64,000 bases of DNA. Source: Squalus acanthias. Taxonomy: Eukaryota. The stretch lies in the NCBI GenBank assembly GCA_030390025.1, contig CM059433.1, positions 16,804,001-16,868,000 on the forward strand. The letters are read 5' to 3'. Position 1 is the first letter of the stretch. Each line of letters opens with the position of its first letter. The position numbers and the translations under genes are program-made. The notes beneath the pieces are model-generated. The model was given only the letters and a program-made list of their open reading frames with translations. It had not been told where the DNA came from and searched no databases. Shown piece after piece: positions 1 through 10,280 of this stretch.

Positions 1-60
1 CAAAACTGCACACAGTACTCCAGGTGTGGTCCCACCAAGGCCCTGTACAACTGTAGTAAG
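1..60 (-). mobile_element. CR1-type LINE RT fragment (runs off window edge)
   Basis: Reverse strand reads LLQLYRALVGPHLEYCVQF, the CR1 RT C-terminal motif also seen at 982-1494 and 22591-23169. Confidence 0.85.
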
Positions 61-464
61 CACAGGGAGGTCCTCTTCCCTGCTGATGGGAGGAAGAGAC
101 CTCCCCAGCAGAGCAAAGGAGCCTGGCTCCAAATAGCAGAGGAGGTGAATAGCAGGGATGTGGTCAGGAGGACCTGGGTGCAGTGCCGCAAATGCTTCAA
201 TGATCTTGTTAGATCAGGAAAGGTGAGTCCAAAGCCGCACTCACCTTCATCCTGCTGTGCCTCTCATCAGATCCCCATCACTCTGCCTTCCCAACCCTAC
301 CCCTGCACATCCTTACTCACACCAACATACCTTCCACCTCCACCCATCACCTATGTTCCCTCTAAGCTGTGCGCAGCAAGCTTCACTGTGCCGCGCAGTA
401 ACAGGAACCGTCCACGCACACTGCTCAGGCTCACAGCGGGGGCTTTGATAACACAGCAAAACAG

Positions 465-827
465 CCCCGGCCAATCAGGGAGAGGGGGCGGGGCTCACCT
501 GCCCTGACCGACAGCCCGCTCTGCCAATCAACGCCCAACCTTCTGTGACTGGTGCGCCTCTAACCAATAGCAAGGGGGCGGGTCCTGAGGATTAGCCAAT
601 AGCAGGTGAGGGGGGACAGGTGCTGGATGACTTCCCCGTGCCTAAACCGCTCTCGGTCTGTGGGCTGGTAGGAGCGGCGTGCGTCCCATTCTGTGATAGA
701 AGATGTTTGACAGGCCGGCAGATACCCGGGCCGGAGCAGTAGGACAGAGAGCAGGAGGGAAGAGTTCACCAGGGACTGCACGCCGGCAAGACGTGAGCAG
801 CGAATGCAGCGTGCACTGTTAGTGAGT
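465..827 (+). promoter_or_regulatory. CpG-rich Pol II promoter-like region inside the hAT element, with a candidate first exon
   Basis: CCAAT at 471, 524, 564, 596. GC boxes at ~484 and ~574. CpG-rich tract followed by splice donor GTGAGT at 822. Confidence 0.6.
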
Positions 828-881
828 GCGCCCTTGCAGCGCTGTGGGACGTTCGGTTTTTCTGTAACGCTCCTGTGTTCA

Positions 882-1862
882 ACATAGGATTACATAGGGT
901 ATACGGCACAGAAACAGACCATTCGGCCCAACCAGTCCATGCTGGCATTTATGCTCCACTCGAGCCGCCTCCCATCTTTCCTCATCTAAATCTATCAGCA
1001 TAACCCTCTATTCCCTTCTCCCTCATATGCTTGTCTAGCCTCCCCTTAAATGCATCCATACTATTCGCTTCGAACACTCCCTGTTGTAGTGAGTTCCACA
1101 TTCTCACCACTCTTTGGGTAAAGAAGTTTCTTCTGAATTCCCTATTGAATTTCTTGGTGATTATCTTATATTGATGGCCTCTAGTTATGCTCTTCCCCAC
1201 AAGTGGAAACATTCTCTCTGTATCCACTCTATCAAAACCTTTCATAATTTTAAAGACCTCTATTAGGTCATCCCTCAGCCTTCTTTTTTCAAGAGAAAAG
1301 AGACCCAGCCTGTTCATCCTTTCCTGATATGTATACCCTCGCAATTCTGGTATCATCCTTGTAAATCTTCTCTGCACCCTCTCCAGTGCCTCTGTATCCT
1401 TTTTATAATATGGCGACCAGAACTGTACGCAGTACTCCAAGTGTGGTCTAACCAAGGTTCGATGCAGGTTTAGCATAACTTCTCTACTTTTCAATTCTGT
1501 ACCTCTGGAAATAAACCCTAGTGCTTGGTTTGCTTTTTTATGGCCTTGCTAACCTGTGTCGCAACTTTTAGTGATTTGTGTATTTGTACTCCGAGATCCC
1601 TTGTTCCTCTACCCCACCTAGACTCGCACCCTCCAAGTAATAAGTGACCTCCCTATACTTCCTACCAAAATGTAATACCTCACATTTATCTGTGTTGAAC
1701 TTTATTTGCCAATTATATGCCCATTCTGCAAGTTTATTAATGTCCTCTTGTAATTTGTTGCAGTCCTCCTCAGTATTGATTATCCCCCCAAATTAGGTGC
1801 CATCGCAAATTTTGAAATTGTGTTTTTGATTCCAAAGTCTAAATCGTTAAGTCTAAATCGTT
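882..1862 (-). mobile_element. 5'-truncated CR1 LINE (RT C-terminus and 3' UTR)
   Basis: ORF 982-1494 (LVRPHLEYCVQFWSP...FFTQRVVRMWNSL) and a CR1-type 3' tail. Confidence 0.9.
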
Positions 1863-2619
1863 CTAGCATTTAAGACTTGCCTCCCTCCCACCTCCTTCTT
1901 CGGCATTGATTGATATTAAAGCATAGTTTTAAAAAATAATTCATAAAGACTTTTTGTACCGAACAAACTTTTATCACGCTATTGGAATAAATCCTGGGCC
2001 AAACACAAAACCACGGTGAATACCCTTTGGTTTAATGGGGAGCGGCTGAACATTGAACTCTGCTTAAACTCAAAGGTTAGTTAAATTACACGACCCACTC
2101 TCTCCAAAATTCCTGAGTATTGCTGCTCTCCTTAGACCTTTGTACCGCTAGCGCCGGCTTTCAAATAAAGCAGCACTTTGTTTTGCTGCTCGAGTGTGTT
2201 GCATTTCACAGAAAAGCGAAGAAAAAAGCCAGTACAATTAAAGGTTCGCCTGTCACGAATTATTATCGCCTTTCTCCACCAGCATGTCAACCGTGATTAA
2301 AATAAAATGCCATATCTAATTGCTTTTATTTAGTAAACCACTGGAAAGAAGAGCAGAAAAAAAGTTTCTGAAAATTGAGAGCGAGCTAAGTGGCGCACGG
2401 ATAGTCAATGTCAACATGCTCTGGTTAATCTGCCTTTTGATTCTCTTGAGTGTGTTTGGCACTGGATGTAAATACATAGTTCAGAGTGGATGCAACAATC
2501 AAGTTGGACTGTTCTAACCAGGGCTAGAATTGGTGATGTGTTTCAATGGGGCTTCAATGCAATCAACGTGGAAATGTGAGTTGCCTCACCTTCCCCCCAT
2601 CCCCCCCAACTCCCTCCCA

Positions 2620-2905
2620 CCCCAACAAAAAAGTTATACAAAATAAACCAATAAAAATTTAGAAAAGCAAAATAAAATCAGTTGGAAACAAGATAAAATT
2701 CATCAAAAGACAAAATAAACCCATCGAAAATGAAAAAAAGCAAAAACAAAATAAAAACATCAAAAAAGCAAAATAAGTCAAAAACAAAGCAAGTGCTAAA
2801 TCAAAATTTATATGGTTAAAGAATGTTGGATAAAATATTATTTTTATGATGTCCATTCCATTTGACACGTTGGACCCCCTGTGACCCACCTCATTGTCTT
2901 AGCCG
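2620..2905 (-). mobile_element. Possible Tx1/L1-like LINE 3' tail
   Basis: Minus strand reads RWGHRGSNV.., loosely like the RWAPRGLEC terminus at 59593, followed by a T-rich tract. Confidence 0.35.
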
Positions 2906-2939
2906 TACTCTGATGTGTCTTTGATGTAATGCCTCCCAA

Positions 2940-3105
2940 ACAGATTGTATCTCTGCAGACACATTGTTCTCTGTATATATATACTGTGTAATCGATTTGT
3001 ATTCCCTCACTGTACCTGTACCTGAAGAAGGAGCAGAGCTCCGAAAGCTCGTAATTTAAAATAAAACTGTTGGACTATAACCTGGTGTTGTGCGACTTCT
3101 CATTT
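2940..3105 (+). mobile_element. Penelope-like element terminal (pLTR) fragment, family 2
   Basis: Contains a hammerhead core followed by AATAAAACTGTTGGACTATAACCTGGTGTTGTGCGACTT, shared with 53469-53559 and 59395-59530. Confidence 0.75.
3019..3053 (+). ncRNA. Minimal type I hammerhead ribozyme motif
   Basis: TAC-CTGAAGA-AGGAGC aga GCTCC-GAAA-GCTC-GTA: catalytic core, stem II, palindromic AGCT stem III, CUC triplet, stem I TAC/GTA. Confidence 0.75.
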
Positions 3106-3357
3106 TCATTCCATTTAAGTTTGTGTGATATAAGTCTGGTGTTACAACTTTACTTTTCACTTATTGTGCAAGTTTGAATGGGATTTACAGACAATAATAA
3201 ATGAAAACATAAGGAAGAAAATTAAAAGGAATAATTTGCCTTAATGCAATTTGTAAAATTTTCCCCAACTCCCCCTGCCCAGCAAACTGGGCCTGGAACC
3301 CCCGCCATACCCGAACCTGCCCTCAACTTGCCTTTGGGCTTGATAAAAGATATCAGA

Positions 3358-4405
3358 TAGAATCATACAGCATAGGAGGAGGCCATTTGGCCCATTATGC
3401 TCTTTGGAAGAGCTATCCAATTAGTCCCATTCCCCTGCTCTTTCGCCATAACCCTGAAAATTTTTCCTTTTCAAATATTTCGCCAATTCCCTTTTGAATA
3501 TTAATATTGAATCTGCTTCCACAGCCCTTTCAGGCAGTGCATTCCAGATCACAACAACTCGCTGCATAAAAAAAATTCCTCTCATCTCTGGTTACCGGTT
3601 CTCCTGCCAGTGGAAACAGTTTCTCCTTATTTACTCTATCAAAACCCCTCAAAATTTTGAACACCTCTATTAAATCTCCTCTTAACCTTCTCTGCTCTAA
3701 GGAGAACAATCCCAGCTTCTTTCGGGGGAAAAATTGGATCGCGCCCCCTTTGGGGCGCTAACTTCGCCCCGAAAAAGTTAGCACCCTCGCGCCCGAAATT
3801 CACTGGTAGCGCCCCAAGAGGGAGGCGGGGTGCTACTGGAAGCGCCCCACCTCCCTCTTGGGGCACTGCGAGTGATTATCATTATTAAAGGGGCCACAGC
3901 ACCATGCGCTGCGGCATGTCGCGCCGCAGTACTGCAGGCCTTCCTCCCCTTATTAAAGTATAGGCAAAAGAGCCCGGCACTCAAGAGGAGCGCAGCCGGC
4001 ACCCCGCGGGGGGGGGGCTTCACAGGAGGCCGGGACAGCAATGGGGGCAGGTGCTGGCAGGCGGCCAGCAACAAAAATGGCCGCCCGGCACCTTCCCTTT
4101 AATTTGCGCTGCCCTGGCCGCACATTCGCGCCCCTGACCTTGTCAGACTTAGCGTCCGGCGTAAGTTAGGTGGTGCAACCGAAGATTGCAGCTGGGCGCG
4201 AGCGGGGCGCTGCGCACAGCGATGATGTCATCGGCGGAGGCGCAGCACCATGGGGCGCTAATGGTTACCGCCGCTGCTAACCTCCCGCTGAATTTAGCGC
4301 TAACGTAGGGCGCTAACGGGAGACGCAAATCAACCAAATTTTTCCCTCTTAATCTCTCCAGATAACTGAAGTCCCTCATCCCTGGTAAAATTCTAGTAAA
4401 TTCAT
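3358..4405 (-). mobile_element. CR1 3' fragment split by a MITE
   Basis: CR1 tail (GGCCATTTGGCCC) and RT C-terminus. Sequence resumes after 4348 (RILPGMRDFSYLERL on -). Confidence 0.75.
3724..4347. mobile_element. GC-rich Harbinger-type MITE
   Basis: Ends GGGGGAAAAATTGG and CCAAATTTTTCCC. Many TAGCGCCCC-type subterminal motifs shared with 40468-41185 and 41468-42285. Confidence 0.7.
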
Positions 4406-5765
4406 TTGTGCCAAGAACAAAAATAATGAAAGATCTGAATTTTCTGTTGTTGTTGCTGCTATTGTTGTTGTTGTTGTTAACTGCCCATGGACACAATTGT
4501 CGTGCTCAGAGGAGTTTGTCACCCGCCCAGTACAAATAAAAATTAGAGGGAACATTGCCCATCACTCTCTCTCTATCTACATGATCACATCCCTATCTCA
4601 CTAGCCACCCCTCACACTCACCCTCATCCTAGTGCAATCATACCAACTAACAACACACAAGGAGGCCACTTGGCATTGCCACCCCACTCCATCATAGTCA
4701 CCCTCTACAGATGTAACCCATCCATTCCTTACACTCATTCCATCACTCTCACTCAACCTTCTCTTCTTTCCCTCCTTGCAGGAAAAGAGAGCCCGCAATA
4801 AGAGGGAGAGGGAGAGAACTGGCGGTGGAATGGCATCAATGGCCACCCTGACCACAGCAGAGGAGGCTGCCTTAGAGCTGGCAGGAGTCGCCGAGCACCT
4901 GGAGGTGGGAGACGGAGAGAGACGGACATCTCAGCAACCTGGTGACAGATTTACATCTCATACAGCTACATGGCATACATCAGTCACTCATATGGGGGCT
5001 GATGTCAACAGCCACTGAATGGTTTTTATGTGCATAATGGTATCTGTTCCTAGTCTACGTATGACATATCTAACTCATCTCTTTACTCTCCCACAGGTCC
5101 ATCAAGAGCCCCCACCACTGTCCAGGAGCAAGAGGAAGACGACTCCTCAGAGGAGCCTCCAGCCTCTGAGAGTGCACTGTCACCAGACCGAAGCACACCC
5201 AGCACCAACGCAGAAATGCACACCTTGGTGGGTCCCTCACGAGACAGAGTAGTGTGGTCACCTGGTGTCTCACAAATCACAACTGAACAAGAACAGATGG
5301 TGGAGCCAGGGACGGCAGTGGAGACTCCTCATCAGAGGCTGCAGGACTCTCCCAGCTCTGCTCAGCTGCATGCAGACGCTGTGCCTCGGGGGTCATCCAG
5401 AAAGAAGGCGATCCTGGAGCTGCAGGAACAAATGCAGGAGGCTTTGACAGGTTTTGCGAACGCAATGACTGTAAGTGTTCAGAGAATGGAGAAGTCCACC
5501 TCCAACATGAGCACCACCATGTCGCAGGTGATGGTAACTGTTGGCTCTTCCATGGATAGGATGGCCACCTGCATGGAGCAGCTGATGCACCACTCAGAGG
5601 AGCACATGGTCTCTATGCAGAATAGATGACTATCTATGGAGGATAGATGGCAGAGGCTCATAGACGTCCTCTCTAGGAGGGATGTCAGTGTAGAGGTGGG
5701 TCCTCATGGCCCCACTGATGTGCAGCAAGGTGCACTCCAGCTCTTTGCTAGCAGGGAAGTGGGGG

Positions 5766-7184
5766 TGAAGGGATAATTACAAGTCCTAGCCCTTCACGGG
5801 CTACCCCAGATCAGGCGTATTCCCCAGATGTTCCCCTTCAACTAAAGTTAGAGATAGCCGACTCCTATAAGACGCTTAATTGGGTCCAAAGGTCCAGACT
5901 ATCTCTCCCTAAAGGAAAGAAACGACTTGAAGATATTACCGTCCTCCAGATAGCACTTTTAATAAGTTTAACTAGACTGTAACCTTCCGGATATTATGAG
6001 GGTCCAGAAAACCCCCCAGAATTCTGCAACTCCTCAAAAGAGTGTACAGAGATTGAGTTTGCGAGTTTGATACAGAAATACTCTGTGAGACAATTCTAAA
6101 AATATATAGATTTATTAAAGAACCGACATGTAGTTAACAGTTGGTGAGTCAATCGCAACTTTAACAGTTCAAAATACAAATAGCTTACATTTCTTATTCT
6201 CAGAGATCCTTATTCTCAAATCTTAACTTCGTTACATTTTTACATTTCTAAGTCCTATTCTTAATCCAGAATATCCACCAAAATCAAATAAAAGTACCTT
6301 TTGATCCCCGAGACTCAAAGAGTTAAAAACTTACAGAGCCTGCCTCTGAAGTTGAGAATCGCTTTGCCCCTTCCAGCGACTTCTGACTTTCTATCTGAAA
6401 GCTCTATATTTTATACTCTTTTTGCAGTGGTATATTCTTTGAAGTTTTCTACTGATGTAAGCTAATTATCTCTAGTCATCTTTCTGTTGACTTCTTTCTA
6501 ATCTTACTGTCAGTTCAGCTGTTAACTTGCAGAATTCTGTCTCTACCTTTAGGTGTTCAAATCTTATCATAAAAAAACAATTTGACAGTAGTTTTTTATT
6601 TGATGCCATTCTTACGAAGGTCTGCCATTGAATTCTTAAACCACCTCAGCTGCTTGTAACCCAGACTTTGCGTCTCCCAACTGTTCCAAGTTCAATACAA
6701 AAACCATGTGATTGCTTGGTGCATCTATTGATGTAATATTTACAAAGTCTTCTGTTTGTACCTTTTACAATATGTAAATCAAAAACATTTCAACTAGGGT
6801 GTTCTATGCATTTCTTAGCTACTTCAATTGGTTGTTTTACAAAGGCACATGTTTCTTTAATGTTCTGTGTTTCTGTTCGAAGTTTTAGTTTTTAACACTT
6901 TAAACTGGGTATAGCTATTGTGTTGGTTCCAAACTGCAGACTTCTTGGAACCTCCAACCCTCTGTTTCAATGAGGCCATTGTCTTAGTATTTACAACCAA
7001 TTCCCATTTCAAAAGCTTGTAGGGTGTTTACAGCTTTGTGACTCATCTTATCTCAGAAGCCTGTATTCACAGCTTGTGTCATTGAGGCTTTTAGATTTTT
7101 AAAGCCAGTTTGTCATATTTTAATAAAGTCAGAATTCTGTTCATAGGATGGTGTATTTTTCTGAAATATGGCTATTCCTTTACA
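5766..7184 (-). mobile_element. Solo LTR (~1.42 kb) inserted in Harbinger Myb exon 3
   Basis: TG...CA ends (TGAAGGGATA / TATTCCTTTACA), 4-bp TSD GGGG (5762-5765, 7185-7188). TATA-like (~6410) and AATAAA (~6112) on -. Removing it restores the Myb frame. Confidence 0.8.
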
Positions 7185-7749
7185 GGGGTGGCCCATGAGA
7201 GGGATGATGGTGAGAGGGGACATAGAAGTGGGGGCTCCTCTCAAAGCGCTCACACTTCTCCTCCATTGCCACCCCCTCAGTCAGAGCCCCAGATGCCTCC
7301 CCGGACAGCGATGGCTGAGTCTGCCCCTACACAGTCACAGGAGGAGCAGACATTGGTGGGGCCATCACAGGCTCCAAAACCCAGAGGACAAGCGCCAAAA
7401 GTGTCTAAGCAGTCGCAGCAGGGAAGTGAGGAGGCTGCCTCTGCCACAGGGGTAGCACCACGTAGAAGCAAGCCTAAGAGAAAGATGCCACACAAGTAGT
7501 TTCACAAGGGTAGCCACTTAAATGTATTATTCAATGTTAATGAGAAGATTCAGTTAATTTAATGTGAGCCACAAATTACTTTCTTTTCAAAACTTTCCGG
7601 TCTTGGACAAATTTGTGTGCATCATTGGAAGTGGCTTAATTAGTGGGAGTGAAGGGTCAGACTAGCAATGGTGGTGACTGTGAAAGGTCATTGGAGGGAT
7701 GCTTTATGGTGCAGCTGTGGGGTGTTGCCAACCTGGTGAAGAATGTGGC

Positions 7750-8953
7750 AGCCATATGGGTGTACTGCATAAAGATAAGTAAATCTGGCCATGATGAGGC
7801 CATCCCTGGCCTCCCAGGCAGCAATGTGCTTGAGTGCTGATGCCATCTGCACCACAGATTCCTCCAGCTCCTGCTCCTCCTCCTCTGAAGAGGCTGTGCG
7901 CTCAGAGCCTTGCTCCTCATGCAGTGCTAATCCTCGCTGCTGAGTTATGTTGTGCAGGGCACAGCAGACCATGATGATTCTGGAGACCCTGGCTAGTGCA
8001 TACTGAAGGGCTCCTCCAGATCTGTCAAGGCATCTGAATCACATTTTCAGCATGCCTATTGTCTGCTCTATGACACATCTGGTGGAGATGTGGCTTTCAT
8101 TATATCTCTCCTCGGCCTCAGTACTTGGCCTCCTCAAGGGTGCCATAAGCCACGTCTTCAGTGGATAGCCCTTGTCTCCAAGCAGCCAGCCTGAAAGTCT
8201 GGCGGTGTGAAGAGCTGAGGGAGGGTGGACTAGTGAAGGACAAAAGAGTCATGACAGCTACCAGGGAATTTGGCACACACATGCATGATGATCTTCCTAT
8301 GGTTGCAGACCAGCTGCACAGTGAGGTAGTGGAAGCCCTTGCGGTTGACAAAGACACCTGGGTGACGATGGGGTGCCCTGATGGCCACATGTGTGCAGTT
8401 GATGACACCCTGCACCCGTGGGAAGCCAGCCAGAGGGGCAAAGCCAAGCGCCCACTTAGTAACACTGGCTTCATCAGTGGCAATTGACTGACTTGTCAAA
8501 GAGGGCCTCGGTGACCTGTGTGATGCATCTGTGGGTGGCCGACTGCGAGGTGCCACAAATGACTGCTGCAGATCCCTGGAAGGAGCCTGAGGCGAAGAAG
8601 TTGAGGGCAGTGGTGACTTTGACAGCCACTGGTAAGGCGTGTCTACCCACTCCTCTGGGCTGCAGGTCTTCCTCCAGCAATGTGCAAATGTCTGTGATGA
8701 CCTGGCACGATAGCCTGAGCCTCCTTTGGCACTGATGCTCAGTCATGTCCAGGAAGCTCATCCTCTGCCTGTATACCCTGTGTTGGGGGTATTACCTCCA
8801 GCGCCGTGCAGCCCTGCGCTGATGCCCTCTGTCCTGTGCAGCAGCAGGACGTTGAGGAGAAGGTTGGTGATGTTGTTGTTGGTGCTGCTGGTGTCGGGGC
8901 TCATCGTGGTCACATTCTGAGGATCAAGGTGAGGCAGTATAAATGGCACCCAT
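7750..8953 (-). pseudogene. HARBI1-like Harbinger DDE nuclease/transposase, frameshifted
   Basis: Fragments [37 protein letters not shown] (D to N in IDCTH), [32 protein letters not shown]. Confidence 0.9.
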
Positions 8954-10280
8954 GCTGATGGAAGAGATGGCAGGTCAAGTAGATTTGACAGAAGCAATCT
9001 GTCAATGGTGAGAGAGGTTCTTCCAATGAGGTGACACTGGATGGAGACTTTGCTGGAAAGACTTGCAGCTTGTAGAAAGCTAAATGTGTGCTGGGAATGC
9101 AGTCAGCAACAGCTTCTGCCTGAGGAAAATGATCAGCTGTCAGGTGGGAGCTTTTAAACTACATTTGATGGAGCAATGACCACTCAACTCCCGCCTCAGG
9201 TTGACAGACGTGGTTCCCGAGCTGCATGAATCCCGTGGCCATGCAGGGAAATTTGAAATGTAGGAGGAAAAGAGGTCTTAATTGTCTGAAAGAAAAAAGA
9301 AAGACAAGGTTATAATGATTTCAATTAGGTCACCCGCCTCTGCTGGTTGGGTCGTTGCCGCACCGGCAAACGCGCCCGAAGGAAAGGTGCGTGGGGGCGA
9401 GATGATGGCGGGTTTCCCGACCAGCTCCGACGTTTTTCAAATTTCCCACCCGACCCACCTCCATTCCCACCCACATGGATCCCAGAAAATTCCAGCCATT
9501 GTCGGTCTGAGGTATTTTACCATGGTGAGACAACACTAGAGTATGGTATGTAGTTTTGCTCACCATAGGTTAAGAAGGATCTAGGTGTTTAGAGAAGAGT
9601 GAACAAGAGGACTCCAGATCTTAGGAGACTGCTATAAAGAAATGACTGCTCTGGGCAGGTATGATACAATTGTTAAAGATATAAATAAGTTGAAATAAAT
9701 AAGCTGTTTAACTTGAATAACTTGCACAAGACGAGAGAACACAAATACAAAATTTGCAAGCCTTAAGCCAGGTTAGAGATTAAGGGTGAGAAATTGGGCT
9801 CATTAGAGCTTGGTTTTTGGGCGCTACGAGTGCCGTTAGAGCTCCAAAATGCCGTCCGTGGTGCATGTGCACAATTGTGGGGTGAATCACGTCGGACGCA
9901 ATAATGGTGCAGGCATTAGTGCGCCCGCAGTGAACGTCCGCCGGAAGTATGCGGAGCAGGCAGATCATGACTTCAATCAGTATGCAACACCGATTTGACG
10001 CCAGCACTGCCATTTTGGAGCTCAACGCTCCAGCTAATGCCGCCTCTTAAGCTCGCACAGCTGAACACACACCCCATCGCCAGCGCTATTTTAAAGGATC
10101 ATCAACTACTCACAGATTAGTTGCTGGTTGATTTCTTCTGGCACTTGATACGATTCTACAAGTGTTTGGTGCTTTCTATAGTTGTTTCAAGTTGCAAAAG
10201 TCTACAAGGAGTGGTGTGGCAGGTGCTGAAGGACTTTTTCCTGCCTTCAAGGCTTCTGCACAAACCACTTGCTGACAGAC

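Larger units (their letters stand above)
351..4557. mobile_element. Non-autonomous hAT-superfamily DNA transposon
   Basis: TIRs CTATGTTCCCTCTAA (351-365) and TTAGAGGGAACATTG (4543-4557), 1 mismatch. Perfect 8-bp TSD CCCATCAC at 343-350 and 4558-4565. Inserted in Harbinger Myb intron 1. Confidence 0.85.
61..7499 (+). pseudogene. Harbinger Myb/SANT-like DNA-binding protein gene, degraded, 3 exons (61-222, 4782-4941, 5097-5765+7189-7499)
   Basis: Exon 1 reads HREVLFPADGRKRPP..AWLQIAEEVNSRDVVRRTWVQCRKCFNDLVRSGK then GTGAGT. Exon 2 reads EKRARNKRERERTGGG after TTGCAG. Exon 3 is low-complexity/coiled-coil with an internal stop and reads in frame across the LTR (SREVG|VAHERDDG). Confidence 0.8.
61..9495. 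mobile_element. PIF/Harbinger transposon A (left end truncated), with nested hAT and solo LTR
   Basis: Myb/SANT-like gene on + (61-7499) converges on a HARBI1-like nuclease on - (~7750-8953). GC-rich subterminal region ends at AAAATTCCAGCC (~9496). The pieces rejoin once TSD-bounded inserts are removed. Confidence 0.85.

Noticed and set aside
1835..1862. 14-bp direct repeat AAGTCTAAATCGTT x2
   Set aside because: Sits at the CR1 5' truncation junction; an ordinary integration or slippage by-product.
2659..2889. Hydrophobic membrane-protein ORF (similar cases at 61193-61582 and 62385-62621)
   Set aside because: These translate T-rich low-complexity tails or intronic tracts.
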